Of a DNA stretch of 64,000 bases, positions 50,087 through 58,600 are shown one piece after another (the stretch's first letter is position 1; each line of letters starts with the position of its first letter). Both the position numbers and the translations under genes were made by a program. A model generated the notes under the pieces. The model searched no databases. It saw only the letters and a list, made by a program, of their open reading frames with translations, and was not told the origin of the DNA. The stretch is from contig JBIOVM010000173.1 of assembly GCA_044867785.1 (NCBI GenBank), forward strand, positions 931 to 64,930. The letters are read 5' to 3'. The DNA is from Candidatus Rokuibacteriota bacterium (GTDB taxonomy: Bacteria > Methylomirabilota > Methylomirabilia > Rokubacteriales > DASRDR01).

Positions 50087-50419
50087 ATGAAGCTCAGCGA
50101 GTTTCTGCGACAGAGCACGCGCCCGCAGGCCTTCGGGACCTTGACCGACGGCGATCGCGCGTGCGCGGTCGCGCAGATGTTCGAGGAAGCGTTCGGCGTC
50201 CCGACCCAGCGTGTGGGGGTTCGGCGAGAGAGCCAGCTGCTTCGGTGGGTCGTCCAGACCTACCGGATCCAGATCCCGACGCGGCGGGAATGGTGCCGGA
50301 AGTGCGAGATCCCGTTCGAGCTGCCGGAGGGCCTGTCGGGCTACCTGATTCACCTGAATGACGTCCACCTCGCGTCGAAGGCCGTCATCGTCGAGGCTCT
50401 CGAGGAGCTCGGCCTCTAG
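50087..50419 (+). CDS. Hypothetical protein (110 aa), no recognisable motif
   Basis: The high third-position GC throughout supports real coding. It lies between ftsK and lolA. Confidence 0.55.
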   Translation: MKLSEFLRQSTRPQAFGTLTDGDRACAVAQMFEEAFGVPTQRVGVRRESQLLRWVVQTYRIQIPTRREWCRKCEIPFELPEGLSGYLIHLNDVHLASKAVIVEALEELGL

Positions 50420-50458
50420 TCCCACGCCGGTCTCCTGCCGGCGTCTCGCCGCCGCCCG

Positions 50459-51133
50459 ATGCACGTGCGATCCCGCGCGATTCCTCTGATCCTGAGCCTG
50501 GTGGCCGTCCTCTTCGGCCCGGGCCTCGGAGTCGCCGGGGCGGCCCCTTCCCTCGAGGAGGCCGTGAACGCGCTGGAGCAGGCCCAGCGGCGGGTGACCG
50601 ACCTGAAGGCCCCGTTCCGCCAGGCGTCCTACAACCGGACGCTCAACCAGACCGTCGAGGCGCGCGGCACGCTCTACCTGAAGAAGCCGGGGCGCCTGCG
50701 GTGGGAGTACCAGACCCCGACGCCCCAGGAGATCGTGTCCGACGGCGCCAAGCTCTGGATCTACACGCCGGAGCTCAAGCAGGTGAACGTGACGGCCGCG
50801 CCCCAGGCGCTCGCCGGCCCGGCCGGGAGCTTTCTCCAGGGGCTCGGGCAGGTGCGGGAGCACTTCCAGGCGCGCTTCCTGAACCCCGCGCAGCCGACCG
50901 ACGCCGAGGGGCTGCTCGTCCTGGACCTGACGCCCAAGCGGCCCCAACCGCTCCTCGCGCGCCTCATCGTCTCGGTCGACCCGAAGAGCTGGCTCGTGCG
51001 GCAGGCGGTCGTGCACGACGAGCTCGGCAACACCGTGACCGTGCGCTTCGGGGAGACGGTGGTCAACTCAGGGCTGTCCGACGCGCTGTTCGTCTTCGTC
51101 CCGCCGGCGGGCGTCTCGGTGATCCAGCACTGA
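50459..51133 (+). CDS. lolA: Outer-membrane lipoprotein carrier protein LolA
   Basis: A signal peptide, then F.Q......QT.EARGTLYLKKPGRLRWEY and DGAKLWIYTPEL, the LolA pattern. Confidence 0.85.
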   Translation: MHVRSRAIPLILSLVAVLFGPGLGVAGAAPSLEEAVNALEQAQRRVTDLKAPFRQASYNRTLNQTVEARGTLYLKKPGRLRWEYQTPTPQEIVSDGAKLWIYTPELKQVNVTAAPQALAGPAGSFLQGLGQVREHFQARFLNPAQPTDAEGLLVLDLTPKRPQPLLARLIVSVDPKSWLVRQAVVHDELGNTVTVRFGETVVNSGLSDALFVFVPPAGVSVIQH

Positions 51134-51148
51134 CGCCGGGAGAGGAGC

Positions 51149-51649
51149 ATGGCCAAGGGTGACAACTCGTTCGACGTCGCGTGCAAGGTGGACCCGCAGG
51201 CCGTGGCCGACGCGGTCCACCAGGCCACCCGCGAGGTCCAGACGCGCTACGACCTCAAGCAGACGAAGACCCAGCTCGGGCTCGAGAAGGACGCGATCAC
51301 CGTCCACACCGACAACGACTACGTCCTCAAGCAGATCCTCGACGTGCTCCAGTCGAAGCTCCACCGCCGCGGCGTGCCTCTGAAGGCGCTCTCCTACGGC
51401 AAGGTCGAGCCGGCGGCCGGCGGCACCGTGCGCCAGCGGATCGACGTCCAGCAGGGCATTCCGATGGAGAAGGCCAAGGAGATCGTCCGCCTGGTCAAGG
51501 ACTCGAAGCTGAAGGTCCAGGCGCAGATCCAGGAGGACCAAGTCCGGGTGTTCGGCAAGAACCGGGACGACCTCCAGGCGGTGATCAAGCTCCTCCGCGA
51601 GAAGGACCTCGGCATCGAGATGCAGTTCACGAACTACCGCTCGGAGTAG
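51149..51649 (+). CDS. yajQ: YajQ-family nucleotide-binding protein (UPF0234)
   Basis: [27 protein letters not shown] and a C-terminal MQFTNYR, with typical length. GGAGAGGAG serves as SD. Confidence 0.9.
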   Translation: MAKGDNSFDVACKVDPQAVADAVHQATREVQTRYDLKQTKTQLGLEKDAITVHTDNDYVLKQILDVLQSKLHRRGVPLKALSYGKVEPAAGGTVRQRIDVQQGIPMEKAKEIVRLVKDSKLKVQAQIQEDQVRVFGKNRDDLQAVIKLLREKDLGIEMQFTNYRSE

Positions 51650-51706
51650 GTCCCCGGCGGCACCGTCCACTCCGTGCCCCGCGGTCGCCGGCGCGTCGGA
51701 GCCCGG

Positions 51707-52075
51707 CTACCGGACGACGACCGCGTCGGGCAGGCCTTCGAAGTCAGCGTCGGCGGTGATGAGCGTCGCGCCTGCCGACGCGCCGTCGCGTAGACGAGCG
51801 AGTCCGCCATCGCGAGGCCGTGGGCGAGGGAGAGATCGGCCGCCTCAAGGGCGAGCGACTTCCTCCACCGGGGCGATGGTCGCCCGACGCAGCGCGGCCA
51901 CCGCAGCGACGGCGCGCTCCTCCGACAGGTCGCGGCGGATGACCTTGTAGATCTCGTAGATCTCGATTGCCGACACGAGCAGCGGTTCCGAGCCTTCAAG
52001 GTCGCGCGCAAAGCGGCTGGCGCGCGGTCGGTCGGCGAGGCACTCGATCCAGCCGCTCGAGTCGACCAGGATCAG
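51707..52075 (-). pseudogene. vapC: PIN-domain toxin vapC, disrupted (frame-shifted internal block with in-frame TGA)
   Basis: My minus-strand translation: frame A gives (L)ILVDSSGWIECLADRPRASRFARDLEGSEPLLVSAIEIYEIYKVIRR...APVEEVARP then TGA at 51847-51845. Frame B gives SLALEAADLSLAHGLAMADSLVYATARRQ. Frame A resumes with GATLITADADFEGLPDAVVVR and TAG at 51709-51707. The third PIN acidic residue (MADS) is only readable in frame B. There is no ATG or GTG start; CTG overlaps the vapB TGA. Confidence 0.65.
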
Positions 52076-52281
52076 AGGCGATCTTTCTTCTCGCGGAGGC
52101 CGCGGTCGCTGGCGCCACGGGCCATGCCCCGGAACGCCCGCATCGGCCGGTCGGGGACCAGAAAGATCACGTCCCCCTTCGCCAGGACGGTGAGCTTCAT
52201 CCCGGGCTGGAGACGAAGGCGCTCCCGGGTCGCGCGCGGGAGCACGAGCTGGAACTTGCTGGACAGGGTCACTGTCTCCAT
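52072..52281 (-). CDS. vapB: AbrB/SpoVT-fold antitoxin VapB
   Basis: METVTLSSKFQLVLPRATRERLRLQPGMKLTVLAKGDVIFLVP is a typical SpoVT-AbrB swapped-hairpin domain. It is 69 aa with GAGGGT as SD, immediately upstream of the PIN remnant. Confidence 0.8.
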   Translation of the reverse strand: METVTLSSKFQLVLPRATRERLRLQPGMKLTVLAKGDVIFLVPDRPMRAFRGMARGASDRGLREKKDRL

Positions 52282-52337
52282 CGTCTTACCCTCAGGCTAT
52301 CGATCGCACTCGCGTAATCTCCGGCTCTTATCGGCCG

Positions 52338-52954
<617 letters not shown>

Positions 52955-52955
<1 letters not shown>

Positions 52956-54457
52956 CAGGCCCTCCCCCCGGTCCGGCCGGCGCGCTCGATCGCCGCCATG
53001 AGCGCTCGGGCCTTGGCGACGCACTCCTCCTGCTCCCGCTCGGGCACCGAGTCGTAGACGATCCCCGCGCCGGCCTGGACGTAGGCCGTGGCGCCCCGCA
53101 CCAGCACGGTGCGGATCGTGATGGCCGTGTTGAGGGACCCGTCGAAGCCGAAGTACCCGACGCAGCCGGCGTACGGCCCCCGCGCCACGGGCTCGAGGGC
53201 GTCGATGATCTCCATCGCGCGCACCTTCGGCGCCCCGCTGACCGTGCCATGAGGGAAGACCGCCTGGAGCACCTCCCACGGCGACCGTTCGGGCGCCAGC
53301 GCGCCCTCGACGTGGGACACGAGGTGCATCACGTGCGAGTAGCGCTCGATCGTGAGGAGCTCGCTCACCCGGACCGAGCCGTAGCGCGCTACCCGACCTA
53401 CGTCGTTCCGCGTGAGGTCGACGAGCATCACGTGCTCGGCGCGCTCCTTGGGGTCGGCGAGGAGCGCCCGGGCCTGCGCCTCGTCCTGGTCACGATCGGG
53501 GCCGCGCGGGCGCGTGCCCGCGAGCGGGCGCATCTCGATCCGTCCCTCCTCGAGGCGTACCAGGCGCTCCGGCGACGAGCCGACCAGGGTCGCCCCGTCT
53601 CCGGCGTCGAGGAGGAACATGTACGGCGAGGGGTTCACCACGCGGAGCGCGCGGTAGATCGCGAGGGGGTCGAGCCCGGGGACCGGCGTCGCGAAGCGCT
53701 GCGAGAGGATCACCTGGTAGATGTCGCCGGCGCGGATGTGCTCCTGCGCCCGCTCGACGGCCGCGCAGTAGGCCTCCGGGGTCCAGTTCGAGCGCGGCGC
53801 CAGGGCCGTGGCCACCGCGGGAGGCTCGGGCGGCCGGGGGCCCCGCAACCGGTCGAGGACCCGGTCGATCCGCTCGCGCGCCCGCCGCTCGGCGGCCTCG
53901 GCGCCCCCGTCCTCGTCCAGGAACGCGTTCGCCACGATGCGCATCGTGTGGCGGCGGTGATCGAAGGCGACGACCGTGTCCATCAAGGCGAGGCGAAAGA
54001 CGGGGAGGCCGAGGTCGTCGGGTGGCCGGTCCGGGAGCCGCTCCCAGAGGCGCACCGCGTCGTACGCCAAATACCCGAGGAAGCCGCCGGTGAGCGGCGG
54101 CAGCTCCGGATCGCGGGCGCTCCGATAGCGGCCGAGATGGCGCGCGAGCGTCTCGAGGGGGCGCCCGCGCTCGACGAGGGTGCCGTCGGGCCGCCGCACC
54201 CGCACCTCCGCCCCGTCGGATTCGAGAATCAGGCGCGGGTCGCCGCCGAGGACCGAGAAGCGCGCGACCTGCTCCGGCCCCTCGACGCTCTCCAGCAGGA
54301 AGCTCGACGGGAGGTCGCGGAGGCGCAGGTAGGCCGAGATCGGCGTCTCGAGGTCGGCGAGCAGCTCGCGCGACACGGGCACCACGTTGGGCGCGTCCAC
54401 CCGCGCAGCGCGCGTTCCCGGGGCGGAGACCAAGGACGGCTCGGCACGGCTCGACAT
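52955..54457 (-). CDS. trpE: Anthranilate synthase component I
   Basis: LLESVEG and [33 protein letters not shown] are present. The start MSSRAEP at 54457 is preceded by GAAGGAG. Confidence 0.9.
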
Positions 54458-54530
54458 CGACGGCTCCTTCCATTCCGGCCGGCGCTTCGGGCCTGTGGCC
54501 TCGGACGCGGCGGCCTCTTGGGGGCACTCG

Positions 54531-54580
54531 AAAACCAAAAGAGCCGGGGCTCGCGGGACCCACCCGCTCGCCTCGGCTCT
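54531..54580 (-). terminator. Intrinsic terminator (attenuator) between the trp leader peptide and trpE
   Basis: The minus-strand RNA reads AGAGCCGAGGCGAGCGGG-UGGGU-CCCGCGAGCCCCGGCUCU (15 of 18 positions pair by hand) followed directly by UUUGGUUUU. It lies 73 nt upstream of the trpE ATG. Confidence 0.7.
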
Positions 54581-54615
54581 GACTGTGTCCTGTTCCTGCT
54601 ACGTTCGTCCGATCG

Positions 54616-54717
54616 CTACGCGGGTCCGAGTCCCTCCTGGGCGGAGAGGCGCCACCAGCGCCACGCCCACCAGCGCTGACCGGTCGGTCGGGAGGCTCCC
54701 GCGACACCGTGGACCAT
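54616..54717 (-). CDS. trpL: trp operon leader peptide, 33 aa, five Trp in seven consecutive codons
   Basis: My translation is MVHGVAGASRPTGQRWWAWRWWRLSAQEGLGPA followed by TAG. TGG codons lie at 54672-54667, 54663-54661 and 54657-54652. The ORF sits between a promoter and the terminator, upstream of trpE. Confidence 0.7.
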   Translation of the reverse strand: MVHGVAGASRPTGQRWWAWRWWRLSAQEGLGPA

Positions 54718-54727
54718 CGTGCGCAGC

Positions 54728-54756
54728 ACCTTAGTGGCCCACCCTGTCCATGTCAA
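54728..54756 (-). promoter_or_regulatory. Promoter TTGACA-N17-TAAGGT for the trp leader/trpEG transcript
   Basis: On the minus strand, TTGACA lies at 54756-54751, followed by an exact 17-nt spacer and TAAGGT at 54733-54728. The leader ATG is 10 nt downstream. Confidence 0.5.
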
Positions 54757-54823
54757 GGGCACAATCCGGCCACCGAGGCATCACGCCATGCAACGTCGCT
54801 CGGGGCGGCACGGCGCTCGGGCC

Positions 54824-55276
54824 TCATCCCTCGTGCTCCTCCAGGCGCTCCACGTCCGCCAGGTCGCGGAGCCGGCCCGTGGCGCGCTTGTTCCGGATGA
54901 GCGTCTCCCGGTCGAGGAACGGGACCTCCAGGGAGCCGATCCGATGCACCACGCGCGAGCGCCACGCGCTCTCGAAGTCGATCCCGGTCAGCTCGGTGAG
55001 GATGTCGATACGCCGCGGCGGCACCCCGATCTGGAGCACGAGACCGGGGCGCGCCAGATCGCTGGGCGCAGCGCCCAACGTATCGACCGGCGCGCCGAAA
55101 CGTCCGAGCGCCGTCCAGACGCGCTCGGCGTTCGCCGGATCCGCCCGGACCCAGATGTCGAGGTCCGCGGTGGCCCGAGGCACCCCGTGGATGGCGAGCG
55201 CATGGGCCCCGACGACCAGGAAGCGCGCGCCGCTCCACAAGAGGGCCGCGAGCATGTCCTGGAAGTCCTCGTTCAC
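54824..55276 (-). CDS. Pol-beta-fold nucleotidyltransferase-like protein (150 aa)
   Basis: VVGAHALAIHGVPRATADLDIWV is a G-x-x-A...HG...D-x-D nucleotidyltransferase signature. The GTG start overlaps the upstream gene stop (GTGA). Confidence 0.6.
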   Translation of the reverse strand: MNEDFQDMLAALLWSGARFLVVGAHALAIHGVPRATADLDIWVRADPANAERVWTALGRFGAPVDTLGAAPSDLARPGLVLQIGVPPRRIDILTELTGIDFESAWRSRVVHRIGSLEVPFLDRETLIRNKRATGRLRDLADVERLEEHEG

Positions 55277-55524
55277 ACCGGGGTCTCGGGCCTCCGACGG
55301 TCCAGCCGGCAGAGCCGTAGCGGCGTGGCCTCGCGCGCGTAGACCGGGATCGACCGCCCCGAGAGCGCCCAGGCCTCCAGCGTCAGAGGCCAGACCATCG
55401 CCACGCGCGCTTCCGGCGTGCCGTAGTGGCCGGAGCCTGGTCTTGCCCCGAGTGCGGCGAGCTGGACCGGCCAGGCGCCCCGGGCCGCCGCTCTCGCCAT
55501 CCTCGCGGCCTCGCCGCTCGACAT
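55273..55524 (-). CDS. Small partner protein (83 aa) of the nucleotidyltransferase, function unknown
   Basis: MSSGEAARMARAAARGAWPV...TPEARVAMVWPLTLEAWALSG. GC3 is high. ATG 55524 is preferred because TATAAT lies 6 nt upstream. The longer tracked start at 55641 would run across the divergent promoter region. Confidence 0.55.
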   Translation of the reverse strand: MSSGEAARMARAAARGAWPVQLAALGARPGSGHYGTPEARVAMVWPLTLEAWALSGRSIPVYAREATPLRLCRLDRRRPETPV

Positions 55525-55530
55525 GCGGGG

Positions 55531-55536
55531 ATTATA
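55531..55536 (-). promoter_or_regulatory. Perfect TATAAT 6 nt upstream of ATG 55524 (leaderless arrangement)
   Basis: The minus strand reads GGAGTATAATCCCCGCATG. Confidence 0.45.
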
Positions 55537-55581
55537 CTCCGCGGGCGCTCGCACCCGGCCGGTGCAAGGCGGTCCCGGCGC

Positions 55582-55587
55582 TATAAT
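55582..55587 (+). promoter_or_regulatory. Perfect TATAAT 17 nt upstream of the sensor kinase ATG
   Basis: GCGCTATAATGAC. I saw no convincing -35 element. Confidence 0.35.
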
Positions 55588-55604
55588 GACGCGACCTTCT
55601 GGCC

Positions 55605-58600
55605 ATGGCCGAAGCGATGCGTTCGAGCCTCGGCCCGCCATGGCGTCCGAGAGGGGCCGAAACGGCGATCGCCGCCATCGGTCCTGTGCGGAGGCGAGCC
55701 ACGCCGTCCTCCCGACCTGCAGGATCGAGCCTCTGGGGCCGCCTAGCGGCGTGCGTGGCCCTCGCCTGCGGGCCGCTCGCCGTGGCGCTCCTCACGGAAG
55801 GCCGCTGGGCGGGTGAGGACTCGCGCGTCGTAGCCCTGCTCGCCCTCGGCCTGGCGCTCGCCACCGGCGCCGTCCTGCTGCTCCGCGCGGGCGCCGCGCG
55901 AGAGGCCCGCGAGGCCGCGGCGCCGGAGCGAGCCCTCCGCCAGGCTCGGGACCAGCAGGCCGCGACCGCGGAGATCCTGGCCGCCATGGCGGCTTCGCCT
56001 CCTGACCTCCAGCGCGTCCTCGACACGATCGCGCGGAACGCCGCGCGTGTCTGCGACGGCCTCTACGCGGTGGTCCTCCGCGTCGCCGGCGCCGAGATCC
56101 GGCTGGCGGCGCATCATGGCCTGTCGCCTGCACGACTGGACGCCCTCAATCAGCGGTATCCCAGACGCCTGGACGATGGAAGCTTGGTGGCTCGCGCGAT
56201 TCGCGACGCCTCCGTGGTCCACTGCCCGGACATCCCGCATGATCCCCGTGTTCCATCCTGGCTTCGCGAGCTCGCGCAGGCCGAGGGGTTCCGCAGCCTC
56301 GTCGTGGTTCCGATGGTCGGGGATGGTCGCACCATCGGCACCCTCAACGTGTCCCGCCCTGAGGGTGCCTTCACGGAGCGCCAGATCCAGTTCCTCCGGA
56401 TCTTCGCCGACCAGGCGGTGATCGCGATCGAGAACGTGCGGCTCTTCCAGGAGCTCCAGGCGCGGAACCGGGAGCTGACCGAATCCTTGGAGCAACAGAC
56501 GGCGACGGCCGAGATCCTGGGGGTGATCAGCCGCTCACCGACAGACACGCAGCCCGTGTTCGATGGCATCGTGGCGAGCGCGGTCCGCCTCTGCGACGCG
56601 CGGATCGGTGCCATCTATCGCATCGAGAACGACGTCATCGACGTCGTCGCCACTGCGGATCACAGTGACGAGGCGCACCGGACGCACGTGACGGCCTACC
56701 CAAGGCCTTTGTCGGACCTTCAGCTGCCGTTCCAGCGGGCCATCTCGACCGCCGCACCGGTCCACGTGGCGGACATAGACGGCGACTTCGAGTTTTCCGA
56801 TACCTTCAAAGAACGCGCGCGGACGCTCGGATATCGGAGTGCCTTGATTGTACCGATGCGCCGAGAGGGCCGGGTGATCGGACTCATCAATGTCGGCCGA
56901 ATTGGCGACGGAGGAGTCTCCAGGCCCTTCTCCGAGCGCGAGATCGGCCTCCTGCAGGTCTTTGCCGGCCAGGCGGTGATCGCTATCGAGAACGTGCGTC
57001 TGTTCCGGGAGCTCGAGGCGAGGAACCGCGAGCTGACGGAGTCGCTCGAGCAGCAGACCGCGACCGGGGCGATTCTCCGGGTCATCAGCGGCTCGCCTAC
57101 CCACATCCAGCCCGTGCTCGATGCGGTGGCCGAGAGCGCGACGCGGCTGTGCGAGGCCAGGGACGTCACGATCGCCCTGGTCGACCAGCATGTGCTGAGA
57201 GTCGTGGCGTCTCATGGCCCGCTGGCGCGCTGGTGGCCTGACGAGGGAATCCCCATCGGCCGAGGATCCGTCACCGGGCGCGCCGTCGTAGAGCGACGGA
57301 CCATCCACATCCACGACCTGGCGTCCGAATCGGAGCTGGAATACCCGGAGGGGAAGGTCTACCAGCGTCAAGGCGGACATCGGACGAACATGGCGGTTCC
57401 GCTCCTCAGAGAGGGAGTCGCGATTGGCGTCATTGCGGTTCGACGGGAAGAGGTCCGGCCCTTCACGAATCGCCAAGTCGGGCTTCTGGAAACGTTCGCC
57501 GACCAGGCGGTCATCGCGATCGAAAACGTGCGGCTATTCCAGGAGCTCGAGGCGCGGAACCGGGACCTGACGGAATCGCTCGAGCAGCAGACGGCGACGG
57601 CCGAGATCCTGGGCGTGATCAGCCGCTCGCCCACGGACCTCGACCCGGTCCTGGACGCGGTCGCCCGGAATGCGTCCCGGTTATGCGGGGCGGCCAACGT
57701 CTCGCTCTATCGCGTCGAAGGCAGCCTGATGCACAAGGTCGCCGAGCAGGGCTTGGCGCTGACGACGCTTGACGTGGGAGAGACGCGGGCCATCACCCGC
57801 ACGACCATAAGCGGCCGGGTCATCACCGACCGGGCGACGATCCACGTGCCCGACTACCAGTCCGCGGATATGGCTCGGGAGTATCCGGACGTGCGGCGCG
57901 ACACGGGCATCCGGACCACGATCGGCATTCCGCTTCTCCGAGAAGGGGCCGCCATCGGTGCCTTCACCGCGTACCGGACCGAATCCCGGCCGTTCTCGCA
58001 GCGCGAGATCGCGTTGCTCCAGACCTTCGCCGACCAGGCGGTGATCGCGATCGAGAACGTCCGGCTCTTCCGGGAGCTCCAGGCGCGGAACCGCGAGCTG
58101 ACGGAGGCGCTCGAGCAGCAGACGGCGACGAGCGAGATCCTACAGGTGATCTCCAGCTCTCCGACCGGTGTCGAGCCGGTGTTCGAAGCGATCGCCCGGT
58201 CCGCGACCGCCCTGTGCGAGGCGGACCTGTCCGGCCTCTACACGTTCGACGGGGAGCTGATCCACCTCGAGGCGAGCCATGGCCGGACGCCCGAAGAGAT
58301 CGACGCTGTCCGCCGTGCGTTCCCGCAGCGTCCCGGCCGCGGCAGCGTGACGGCGCGGGCGATTCTCGAAGCCGCCGCTGTCCAGGTTCCCGACCACAGT
58401 CAGGACCCAGAGGTTGCCGACGCGCTCCGGACGTACCGCACCGTGCTCGCCGTCCCGATGACCCGGGATGGCCGGCCGATCGGTGCCATCTCGGTGGCTC
58501 GGCGCGTCGTCCGGCCCTTCACCGACAAGCAGATCGCGCTGCTGAAGATCTTCGCCGACCAAGCCGTGATCGCCATCGACAACGTCCGGCTCTTCACGGA

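Noticed and set aside
51634-52011. A 125-aa minus-strand ORF called across the vapC region.
   Set aside because: Only its central 30 residues or so (SLALEAADLSLAHGLAMADSLVYATARR) are meaningful, as the frame-shifted middle block of the PIN gene. The rest is Arg/Ser/Thr-rich out-of-frame sequence. I therefore interpret it as part of the vapC pseudogene and not as a gene.
54458-54720. An explicit antiterminator (2:3) helix for the trp attenuator.
   Set aside because: I found only short complementarities, for example CGCCUC with GAGGCG, and CCGCCC with GGGUGG. They cannot form one continuous antiparallel helix as I laid them out. I therefore report the leader and terminator and leave the alternative structure to computational folding.
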